From NCBI GenBank assembly GCA_050253075.1, contig JBFWJS010000007.1:96001-160000 (forward strand): a DNA stretch of 64,000 bases. The letters run 5' to 3'. Each line of letters begins with the position of its first letter. Positions within the stretch are counted from its first letter, which is position 1. The translations under genes were made by a program, and so were the position numbers. Source of the stretch: Deferribacterales bacterium. GTDB lineage: Bacteria; Chrysiogenota; Deferribacteres; Deferribacterales; Geovibrionaceae. Under the pieces are notes generated by a model. The model was not told the origin of the DNA. It searched no databases and worked only from the letters and a program-made list of their open reading frames with translations. This document shows, one piece after another, positions 1 to 8,071 of the stretch.

Positions 1-58
1 TTCTGTTTTCTTCAGAACCTTTATCTTTCAGGATGCTTAATGTTTCTTCTACTGTCAT
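1..58 (-). CDS. 5' fragment of a CDS running off the window; possibly a DNA alkylation repair (AlkD-like) protein
   Basis: ATG at 58-56 overlaps the upstream TGA (ATGA); reads MTVEETLSILKDKGSEENR...; family guess rests on 19 residues. Confidence 0.4.
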   Translation of the reverse strand, partial: MTVEETLSILKDKGSEENR

Positions 59-1731
59 CTTCCGAGGTATCCTTTTAAAGCGGTGAACAGCGTAGGGTGT
101 CCGCCTGCGTATTTTATAAGTCTGTCAGCGGCGAAGTCGAGCATTGCCTTATCCTTTGGTATGCCCATATAGTCGGCGTAGTCCTCGTATATCTTCACCA
201 TCATACACGCAGGGTTCGGTGTGGAATCGTCGAATGTATCCACAACAGTTCTGTGCTCGTCCAGATGGAATATGCCGTCTTCGTAAAAGAGCTTTGCTGC
301 TGCCTCTGTAAAGGCTGCGGCTTCTGTCAGGAATATCTTTTCGTTTGTGATGTCGAAGAAGTCCAGATACGTCTTGATGGTCTGGGCATAGTCTTCGAGG
401 CATACGGATTTGAAAACTTCCCCTTCGTAATTGATGCGGAAGAGGGCCGTATTGTCCATATGCAGGTGTTTCATCTTATTCAGCAGGGCTGTCGCCTGCT
501 CCATATAATACTCTTTGCCTGACATTTCGAATATCTTTATAAGAGCCGAGCAGAATAGCATATTCTGTGACAGTATGACCTTGCTGTCTTTTCTGGGCAT
601 GCATCTTTCATTTGCTTCACGCAGTTTTTCGAAATGGCTTTCGAGCTTTATGTATGTGTTGTGGTCTGTGTTCTTAAGGTTTATAACCCCTTCGAACAGC
701 TCCACATAGTCTTTTATCGGTTCGATGTGTTCTTCTGATACCAGGTAATAGAAGCCCTCGGCGTTCTCTCCGCCTTCTGCGGGGCTATCTGCATCGATGG
801 AGGATATCAGACCGTATTCGGTGCTGAATTCATCGAGCACAAAGTCTATGGTGCGCTCTGCTATGTGCAGATAGAGCAGATTATGCGTTCTGGAATACAT
901 ATCAAGCAGGAAAGATGCGTTCTGAGCGTTGTCGTACAGCATCTTTTCGAAATGGGGCACATGCCACTGCCTGTCTACGGTATAGCGGTAGAATCCGCCG
1001 TTCACATGGTCGAATATCCCGCTGGTGCACATTTTGTCTGCTGTATGTATGAGGAATTCAGATACTTCCTTATCCTCATAATACGCCATCATGGCATGCA
1101 GCACGGGGGTGTTGGGGAATTTTGCATCCTTCCCCAGACCGCCGTACTCTTTATCAGTCATTTTTTTGAATATTTTCAGTATGTCGTCGGTGTAAAGGTC
1201 TTCCAGAGACTCCTGCTTATGCTCCGCCAGAAGGAACTTTTCGTAAAATCTGTCGAAGTTGTCGGCATATTTCGCCGCTTCCTTCGGGCTGTTCTGATAC
1301 AGCTCACCTATCTGGGTGACGATATCCTTAAAAGCTGGGAGCCCGTGCCTCGGCTCAGGCGGGAAGTATGTCCCTCCGAAGTATGCTCGCCCGTCGGGGA
1401 GGGTGAACACGCTGAGCGGCCATCCGCCTTTTTTCCCTGTGGCATGGAGGTAAAACTGGTATCTTTTATCCACCTCGGGGTGTTCCTCTCGGTCTACCTT
1501 TACGGGGATGAAGTATTTATTTATAACCTCTGCTGCGGCAGTGTCCTCGAATGTTTCATGAGCCATGACATGACACCAGTGGCATGAGCTGTAGCCGATG
1601 CTGATGAACAGCGGCTTGTTTTCTCTCTTTGCCGTTTCCAGTGTTTCTGCCGTATATGGCTGCCATGCAACGGGATTATCTGCGTGCTGTCTGAGGTAAA
1701 GGCTCTGCTGTGATGCAAGGGTATTCTTCAT
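55..1731 (-). CDS. Thioredoxin-domain protein, YyaL/DUF255 family
   Basis: SLYLRQHADNPVAW, GYSSCHWCHVMAHETF, KVDREEHP, GGWPL, PHFEKMLYDNAQ motifs. Confidence 0.92.
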   Translation of the reverse strand: MKNTLASQQSLYLRQHADNPVAWQPYTAETLETAKRENKPLFISIGYSSCHWCHVMAHETFEDTAAAEVINKYFIPVKVDREEHPEVDKRYQFYLHATGKKGGWPLSVFTLPDGRAYFGGTYFPPEPRHGLPAFKDIVTQIGELYQNSPKEAAKYADNFDRFYEKFLLAEHKQESLEDLYTDDILKIFKKMTDKEYGGLGKDAKFPNTPVLHAMMAYYEDKEVSEFLIHTADKMCTSGIFDHVNGGFYRYTVDRQWHVPHFEKMLYDNAQNASFLLDMYSRTHNLLYLHIAERTIDFVLDEFSTEYGLISSIDADSPAEGGENAEGFYYLVSEEHIEPIKDYVELFEGVINLKNTDHNTYIKLESHFEKLREANERCMPRKDSKVILSQNMLFCSALIKIFEMSGKEYYMEQATALLNKMKHLHMDNTALFRINYEGEVFKSVCLEDYAQTIKTYLDFFDITNEKIFLTEAAAFTEAAAKLFYEDGIFHLDEHRTVVDTFDDSTPNPACMMVKIYEDYADYMGIPKDKAMLDFAADRLIKYAGGHPTLFTALKGYLGR

Positions 1732-1743
1732 TGTGATCCTTTA

Positions 1744-1983
1744 CTAGTGCGATATTATCTTGAATATTATAAAGAATAACACCACAAGGAAGGCGGCTAT
1801 CTTTGCCTTGCCTATCATGCGTGAATTCAGCTTTATTGGCTGCGGTCCGTAGAAGTCTTCCTCTTTCATCCCCTGCTGCTGATAGTCAAAGCTCTTGAAC
1901 ATATACTGACAGCCGGGACATGCATTGAACTCGTCCGGCGTAACGTTGCTTCCGCACTCAGGGCATCTTATGGTCTTTTCCAT
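1744..1983 (-). CDS. Small zinc-ribbon protein with C-terminal membrane anchor
   Basis: CPECG...CPGC and hydrophobic tail AAFLVVLFFIIF; AGGAG SD upstream of ATG. Confidence 0.7.
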   Translation of the reverse strand: MEKTIRCPECGSNVTPDEFNACPGCQYMFKSFDYQQQGMKEEDFYGPQPIKLNSRMIGKAKIAAFLVVLFFIIFKIISH

Positions 1984-2047
1984 GTCATTCTCCTGTAGAT
2001 TCTTAAGACAATAACATTCTTTAATAAGATTGCAAGGACTTATCCTT

Positions 2048-3352
2048 TTATCCCTTTGCTTTCAAAAACAAAAAGCCTGTCGTGCCCGCCACGAGAGAAG
2101 CTATCAGGATACCCAGTTTCGCTGTTTGCGCATCTTCGGGGCTGAATGCCATGCCGGATATGAATATCGACATGGTGAGACCTATCCCTGAGAGTATCGC
2201 AGCGCCCAGAAGCCGGCTTCTGTTTATCTCTTCGGGTATGGTTATCATCTTTATCTTTTCAGCGACCAGTACAAAGAGCATGATGCCGACAGGCTTGCCG
2301 AGTATCAGTCCGAATATGATGCCGAGGCTGATGGGTGAGCCTACGCCAGAGAATGCGTCTCCGCTGAGTATCAGCCCTGTGTTTGCAAATGCGAATATGG
2401 GCATGATGAGAAAGGCGGATATGCCGTGAAGGTTGTATTCCAGCCTGCTCATAGGGTTATAAGCAGAGAGTGATGCGTGTATTATCTTGTTGAATATATG
2501 CTTCTGACACTTTGTGGGGATCTCGCTGTCAGGGTTGTTTGTACAGTGTTTCAGCTCTGTCATGAATATACCTATGGATTTGTTGAATGTCATAAGCGGT
2601 ATTCTGGGCTGGCTGGGGATGAAAAATGCGAGGATAACGCCCGCAACGGTGGCATGTACGCCTGATTTCAGGAAGAAGTACCATAAAATCAGCCCGACGA
2701 TAAGGTACACCAGGATAGACTTTACATTTGCAATGTTCATTATGGCGAGGATGACTATCACGACACCCGCATACATAAGGTAAGACATTGCGATGCTGTT
2801 TGTATAGAAGAGGGCGATGACAACGACAGCGATGATGTCGTCCACCACGGCCAGCGATGTAAGGAATATCTTAAGCTGTATAGGCACTCTGTCGCCCAGC
2901 ATAGCCATGATGCCTATGGCAAAGGCGATGTCTGTCGCCATGGGGACTCCCCATCCGGAGAGGTTGCCGTTCTTCATATTGATAACCGTGTAGATAAGGG
3001 CAGGGACGATAGCTCCGCCCAGCGCCGCTATTATCGGGAGCAGAGCCTTGCGCATGGAGGACAGCTCTCCGATGAGAACCTCCCGTTTTATCTCCAGACC
3101 TATCATCAGGAAGAATATTGCCATGAGTCCGTCGTTTATCCAGTATATGAAAGGCTTAAATAGGGACAGAATGCCGAAGGTAAATCCGACCTCCATCTTC
3201 CACAGAGCCTCATACCACCCGGCATATGCGGAGTTAGCTATTATCATAGCGAGAACCATAGCCCCGAGCATGATGATACTACTTGAGGACTGCTTTTTCA
3301 GGAACTGGTTAAAAGGGTCAACGGTGAATGATTTAATAGTATTTATAGTCAT
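2048..3352 (-). CDS. nhaA: Na+/H+ antiporter NhaA
   Basis: WINDGLMAIFF, GLEIKRE, GWGVPMATDIAFA, VDD, SGVHATVAG, GKPVGI motifs. Confidence 0.96.
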   Translation of the reverse strand: MTINTIKSFTVDPFNQFLKKQSSSSIIMLGAMVLAMIIANSAYAGWYEALWKMEVGFTFGILSLFKPFIYWINDGLMAIFFLMIGLEIKREVLIGELSSMRKALLPIIAALGGAIVPALIYTVINMKNGNLSGWGVPMATDIAFAIGIMAMLGDRVPIQLKIFLTSLAVVDDIIAVVVIALFYTNSIAMSYLMYAGVVIVILAIMNIANVKSILVYLIVGLILWYFFLKSGVHATVAGVILAFFIPSQPRIPLMTFNKSIGIFMTELKHCTNNPDSEIPTKCQKHIFNKIIHASLSAYNPMSRLEYNLHGISAFLIMPIFAFANTGLILSGDAFSGVGSPISLGIIFGLILGKPVGIMLFVLVAEKIKMITIPEEINRSRLLGAAILSGIGLTMSIFISGMAFSPEDAQTAKLGILIASLVAGTTGFLFLKAKG

Positions 3353-3354
3353 GG

Positions 3355-3492
3355 TTATTTATACCATACCTTTCTGTCTCTGACAGCCGCAGGTACTAAA
3401 TTACCGTTGTTTCTTTCTCTCGGTTTGAGCTTGATAACGGCAGGTCTGCCGCCTTTTATCCTGTCTAGGATAGATTTGATAAAGTCTTTCAC
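3355..3492 (-). CDS. 45-aa basic small protein between the riboswitch and nhaA
   Basis: GGAGG SD (3502-3498) then GTG at 3492; MKDFIKSILDRIKGGRPAVIKLKPRERNNGNLVPAAVRDRKVWYK; stop 2 nt before the nhaA ATG. Confidence 0.7.
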   Translation of the reverse strand: MKDFIKSILDRIKGGRPAVIKLKPRERNNGNLVPAAVRDRKVWYK

Positions 3493-3526
3493 TATTACCT
3501 CCAGTGTTTTGTGCTGTAGAGGTAAT

Positions 3527-3571
3527 AAAAAAACCTTTACCCACAGCACGGTATTATGCTTGGATAAAGGT
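3527..3571 (-). terminator. Intrinsic terminator in the riboswitch expression platform
   Basis: Minus strand ACCUUUAUCCAAGCA-loop-UGCUGUGGGUAAAGGU followed by a U run; 5' arm overlaps the aptamer P1 3' strand. Confidence 0.8.
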
Positions 3572-3666
3572 CTTGCAAATTTCGTATTAACGAAGCTCCG
3601 GATCCGGGTTTTAACACCGTAATGACGAATCCGAACCGCATAAATGCGGATGCTACTCCCCTTTAC
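3565..3666 (-). ncRNA. yybP-ykoY (manganese-sensing class) riboswitch aptamer
   Basis: Minus strand UAAAGGGGAGUAGCA...CGUCAUUACG...UGCAAGACCUUUA; P2 CCGCAU/AUGCGG, P3 UUCGGAU/AUCCGGA, P4 UUCGU/ACGAA give a four-way junction. Confidence 0.9.
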
Positions 3667-3677
3667 TTCTTAGATGG

Positions 3678-3705
3678 ATAATAATTATATTACGTTCAAA
3701 GTCAA
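3678..3705 (-). promoter_or_regulatory. Putative sigma70 promoter of the riboswitch-sORF-nhaA unit
   Basis: TTGACT-N16-TATTAT just upstream of the aptamer. Confidence 0.55.
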
Positions 3706-3721
3706 GGATTATCGGAAAAAA

Positions 3722-4147
3722 TCAGTGTGCTGCAAGCCATTCTTCCACACGGGATTTTATCGTATCTCTTATCTCACGCACCCCTGCGAGGATGACTGCG
3801 TCTGTGCCTTTCAGCTTTGCAGGGTCTTTTACATCCCACTGAACAGTATCGAGTATATCGGGGAAGATGGGGCATCTCTCTGCAGATGTCTGGTCGCACA
3901 CTTTAAACACGTAATAATACATGCGCCCCTCACGGAAATAGTCTATCACAAGGTCTGTGGTGTTGTTTGAGATGTCTATGCCGACCTCGGCCATAGCTTT
4001 CACCACGAAAGGATTAAGGGGCTGCTGCTCCAGACCTGCGCTCTCTGCGGTGTATCGCCCGCCTGACAGGTGGTTCATGAACGCCTGCGCCATCTGGCTT
4101 CGTCCGCTGTTATGCTCACACACGAATAACACTTTCTTTGTTTCCAT
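3722..4147 (-). CDS. arsC: Arsenate reductase ArsC (LMW-PTP fold)
   Basis: LFVCEHNSGRSQMA P-loop, SAG, VCD...ERCPIFP, WDVKDP. Confidence 0.85.
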   Translation of the reverse strand: METKKVLFVCEHNSGRSQMAQAFMNHLSGGRYTAESAGLEQQPLNPFVVKAMAEVGIDISNNTTDLVIDYFREGRMYYYVFKVCDQTSAERCPIFPDILDTVQWDVKDPAKLKGTDAVILAGVREIRDTIKSRVEEWLAAH

Positions 4148-4234
4148 AGGATCACACTCCGCAATTTAATAAAGTGTATCCCGCTATGTTTAGATTGTTG
4201 TCAAAGTGATGTGAATTTCTTTTAGAGATAATGT

Positions 4235-4268
4235 GCATTACGGGGCGGTGACTAGTCGCCCCGTATGC
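4235..4268 (-). terminator. GC-rich hairpin downstream of maeB (probable 3' end)
   Basis: TACGGGGCG/CGCCCCGTA stem; weak U tract. Confidence 0.5.
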
Positions 4269-4357
4269 TAAAGGGAATGAGGAGTTAGATACATTTTAAT
4301 GGTTTTGCAAACGCCATAAATTATATGTATCTCTTCGGTTAAGGCATTAAACCGATT

Positions 4358-6643
4358 TTACTTATGTTTCAGCTTCGCCTTTTCTGTAGCATCAACTACA
4401 GCGATAGCGGCGAGGTTTACTATTTCGTTCACGTCTACTCCACGCTGAAGTACGTGTACGGAGCTCTGGAATCCCTGAAGGATAGGACCGATGGCGATAC
4501 CGCCGCCGAGTCTCCAGAGGAGTTTGTATGCGCTGTTGCCCGCCTCGAGGTTAGGGAATACCATAACAGTGGCATCGCCTTTAATGTCGGAGAATGGGAA
4601 AGCGTCGTCTACGATAGGTCTGTAGAGTGCGCTGTCTGCCTGCATTTCGCCGTCTATTACGAGGTTAGGGTATTTGGCTTTTACCATCTTCACAGCGTCA
4701 CGGATCTTTTGTGTGCGAGGTATACGCACAGAGCCGAAGTTGGAGAAAGATATCATCGCAACCTTAGGCTCGATCTCGAATTTCGCACATGTATCGGCAG
4801 ACTGTACGGCTATCTGAGCCAGAACATCTGCATCAGGGTCGATGTTTACTGTTGTGTCGGCACAGAGCACGACTCTGTCACGGAATACCATGAAGTAAGC
4901 ACCTGAAGGGCTTGTATATCCTTCCTGCAGAGGGAGGAGCTCCATCAGAGGCTTGATAGCGTCGGGATAGTTTCTTGCGTATCCGTTGAGGAGACAGTCG
5001 GCCTCGCCGTTTGCTATCATCATAGCGCCGAAGTAGTCATGTACACGTACAAGGAGTCTTCTGGCTTCTTCGTGTGTCATGCCTTTTCTCTGGCGCAGTT
5101 CCATGATCTGGTTTGTATACTGACCGAGTTTGTTGGAAAGGATAGGGTTTATGATCTCTATGCCTTTCAGGTCTATATTGTTTTTATCTGCCAGTTCTCT
5201 TATGCGGTCAGGATTACCGAGAAGTATTGGCATAGCGATGCCTTCCTCGACGAGCTTTGTTGCTGCTCTGAGGATCTTCTCGTGTTCGCCTTCAGGGAAA
5301 ACGAGCTTCTTCGGTTTCTGCTTAGCGACAGATATGATGTGTCTTGTGAATTCCTTCGCAAAGGAGAGTCTTGACTCAAGGTAGTCTTTATATTTTTCGA
5401 AGTTAGGGATGTCTTTCTGTGCTACGCCTGTGTCGATGGCTGCCTTAGCCACGGCAGGAGCAACCCATGTGAGAACCCTGTGGTCGAATGGTTTCGGGAT
5501 GATGTAGTCAGGTCCGAATTCTATTTTGCTGACGCCGTAAGCCTTACATACTGTTTCAGGCACGTCCTGCTTCGCAAGGGTGGCGAGGGCGTGTACGGCA
5601 GCGAGCTTCATCTCTTCGTTGATGGCTTTCGCACGGACGTCGAGAGCACCGCGGAAGATGAAAGGGAATCCGAGAACGTTGTTTACCTGGTTAGGGTAGT
5701 CGGAGCGTCCTGTCGCCATGATAGCATCGCCTCTGACCTCTGCCACTTCCTCAGGAGTGATCTCAGGGTCAGGGTTTGCCATAGCCATGATGATAGGGTT
5801 GCGTGCCATGTTCTTAACCATTGCTTTGTCCACGGCGCCTTTAACGGAGAGCCCGAGGAAGACGTCTGCGCCGTCCATAGCCTCTTCGAGTGTGCGTTTA
5901 TCTGTTTCAATGGCGAATTCTTCTTTATATTTGTTCATGCCCTCTTTACGGCCGACATAGATAACACCCTTTGTGTCGCACATATAGATGTTTTCCTGCT
6001 TTCCGCCGAGGAGCATTATGAGCTTTCCGATGGCGATACCGGCAGCACCGGCACCGTTGATAACTATCTTGATAACATCTATCTTTTTATTGATAAGGTC
6101 GAGAGCGTTGATAAGAGCGGCAACGGCGATGATGGCCGTACCGTGCTGGTCGTCGTGGAAAACGGGGATGTTCATTCTCTCTTTCAGTGTTTCTTCGATG
6201 TAGAAACAGTCGGGAGCTTTGATATCCTCAAGGTTTATACCGCCGAATGTAGGCTCCATCAGCTCACATGCCTTGATAACGTCGTCAGGGTTCTGAGAGT
6301 TTATCTCTATGTCGAAAACATCGACATCTGCGAACCTTTTGAAGAGAACGCCTTTACCTTCCATAACAGGCTTACCCGCTGCGGCGCCGATGTTACCCAG
6401 CCCGAGCACGGCTGTACCGTTTGACACGACTGCCACAAGGTTTCCTTTAGATGTATATTCATATACCATGTCAGGGTTTGCCTCGATCTCTCTGCACGGC
6501 TCGGCTACGCCGGGTGTGTATGCAAGAGAAAGGTCTCTCTGTGTGTAGCATGGTTTGATAGGTGTTACTTCGATCTTTCCGTTTCTGGGGGAACGGTGAT
6601 ATTCCAGAGCTTCTTCTTTCGTTACTTTTTTATTGTCGGACAT
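4358..6643 (-). CDS. maeB: NADP-dependent malic enzyme with phosphotransacetylase-like domain
   Basis: [39 protein letters not shown]-terminal [15 protein letters not shown]; start moved to ATG 6643 behind GGAGG. Confidence 0.96.
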   Translation of the reverse strand: MSDNKKVTKEEALEYHRSPRNGKIEVTPIKPCYTQRDLSLAYTPGVAEPCREIEANPDMVYEYTSKGNLVAVVSNGTAVLGLGNIGAAAGKPVMEGKGVLFKRFADVDVFDIEINSQNPDDVIKACELMEPTFGGINLEDIKAPDCFYIEETLKERMNIPVFHDDQHGTAIIAVAALINALDLINKKIDVIKIVINGAGAAGIAIGKLIMLLGGKQENIYMCDTKGVIYVGRKEGMNKYKEEFAIETDKRTLEEAMDGADVFLGLSVKGAVDKAMVKNMARNPIIMAMANPDPEITPEEVAEVRGDAIMATGRSDYPNQVNNVLGFPFIFRGALDVRAKAINEEMKLAAVHALATLAKQDVPETVCKAYGVSKIEFGPDYIIPKPFDHRVLTWVAPAVAKAAIDTGVAQKDIPNFEKYKDYLESRLSFAKEFTRHIISVAKQKPKKLVFPEGEHEKILRAATKLVEEGIAMPILLGNPDRIRELADKNNIDLKGIEIINPILSNKLGQYTNQIMELRQRKGMTHEEARRLLVRVHDYFGAMMIANGEADCLLNGYARNYPDAIKPLMELLPLQEGYTSPSGAYFMVFRDRVVLCADTTVNIDPDADVLAQIAVQSADTCAKFEIEPKVAMISFSNFGSVRIPRTQKIRDAVKMVKAKYPNLVIDGEMQADSALYRPIVDDAFPFSDIKGDATVMVFPNLEAGNSAYKLLWRLGGGIAIGPILQGFQSSVHVLQRGVDVNEIVNLAAIAVVDATEKAKLKHK

Positions 6644-7135
6644 AGTACCCTCCTGATATTTCATATCAATAACAATATTAAGGTACCTTAAACTATAAAT
6701 CAACTTAAATGTTCACGGCAGGCTTTATTATGAACATTGGTTCGTTAAATTTTTCTATATTTCACGCTGTATTACTATTGGTTTTATCTATAGTAAGTGT
6801 TTTATTTTTGAGAATACTAATAGTTGTAAAATTGGTATTTTTTATATAATGGTGAAGCATTATTGAAAAAACCAATGAGCTCAAAGCCTGTAAAATGCGG
6901 AATAAGGTAAGTCTGGACTATATTTTCTTAGTTGTATAGATTAGTATACATGTGAAATTTGAGCATAATCAGACACTATGATAAGCCTTCTATTTTATCT
7001 ATCAAAAATAACTAATACGGTGTTTGTTTGTATGTTACCATTTGTTAACAATGGTCTGAAAATTTATTCAAAATTTTTTTCTAGTCATGATTTTCAAGTA
7101 GGATTGTGCATTTGGTCGAAATAGTGTATAAATAA

Positions 7136-8071
7136 GTGACAATACAGGGAAAAGCTGTAAATAAGCATCTTTGGCGGTCTGATTTGGATAATGTTCAGCT
7201 AGTGTCAAATTTTACAAACTGGATGAAATATGAGCTGGGTCTCGCTGAAAACAGCGTAAAGGCCTACCGTCAGGATGTCGAAAATTATATGGAATACACC
7301 GCAAAAAACCTCACCGAATGTACTGCGCAGGAGCTTGTGATGTATATGACCCATCTGAGAAAGAGCGGCTCAAGCATCGAGACTGTTCAGCGGAGGCTCT
7401 CCGGCATATCCCGCTTTTACGACTTTCTCATCATGGAGCGCATACTTAAAACAAACCCTGTAGGCTTTATATCAAAACCCTCCAAGTGGGAGAAGCTCCC
7501 CGTTTTTCTAAACTTTGACGAGGTAGAGGCTCTCATAAACGCTCCCGATATATCCAGTGATCTGGGATATAGAGACAGGGTGATATTCGAGACATTATAC
7601 TCCACAGGTATGCGCATCAGCGAGCTCATCGGGCTTCAGGTGGGCGATGTGGACATGCACCGTGAGATAATGAAGGTGACAGGCAAGGGTAGCAAGCAGA
7701 GACTGGTTCCCATGTACGGCTCTCTGGCGGAAAAGATGCGTACATATATAGACATCCGCCACAACGCCCTTGTAAAGGAGCGTGACGAAGGCTGGCTCTT
7801 CCTCAGCAGAAACGGAAAGAAGCTGAACAGGGAGTATGCGTGGATGATGGTTAAAAAATATTGCGAAAGGGCGGGGATAAAGAAAAATGTCTCTCCGCAC
7901 ACATTAAGGCACTCTTTTGCAACTCATCTTTTGACAAACGGCGCAGATTTACGCACAATACAAATATTTCTGGGACATTCCGATCTTTCAACCACCCAGA
8001 GATACACACAGGTGACAGACGACAAGGCGAGAAATACTCTATTAAACTGTCATCCGAGGTTTCGCAGATGA
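7136..8071 (+). CDS. xerD: Site-specific tyrosine recombinase, XerD-like
   Basis: TGMRISEL, GKGSKQRLVP, SPHTLRHSFATHLL, LGHSDLSTTQRY; true start may be the TTG of LDNVQ. Confidence 0.85.
   Translation: MTIQGKAVNKHLWRSDLDNVQLVSNFTNWMKYELGLAENSVKAYRQDVENYMEYTAKNLTECTAQELVMYMTHLRKSGSSIETVQRRLSGISRFYDFLIMERILKTNPVGFISKPSKWEKLPVFLNFDEVEALINAPDISSDLGYRDRVIFETLYSTGMRISELIGLQVGDVDMHREIMKVTGKGSKQRLVPMYGSLAEKMRTYIDIRHNALVKERDEGWLFLSRNGKKLNREYAWMMVKKYCERAGIKKNVSPHTLRHSFATHLLTNGADLRTIQIFLGHSDLSTTQRYTQVTDDKARNTLLNCHPRFRR

Noticed and set aside
3500..3670. nhaA-I/nhaA-II or Na+ riboswitch upstream of nhaA
   Set aside because: The leader is fully explained by yybP-ykoY signature loops and topology.
6700..7135. 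Replication origin in the AT-rich spacer
   Set aside because: No DnaA-box (TTATCCACA) cluster seen.
7861..8067. N-terminal extensions in the ORF track (nucleotidyltransferase, maeB, era, binding protein, fliS, aspS, panC and others)
   Set aside because: They overlap upstream genes or lack an SD; downstream starts fit family N-termini better.
7136..8071. Tyrosine recombinase as a phage or island integrase
   Set aside because: XerD-like size and motifs, coupled to housekeeping genes, no att repeats, tRNA or cargo.
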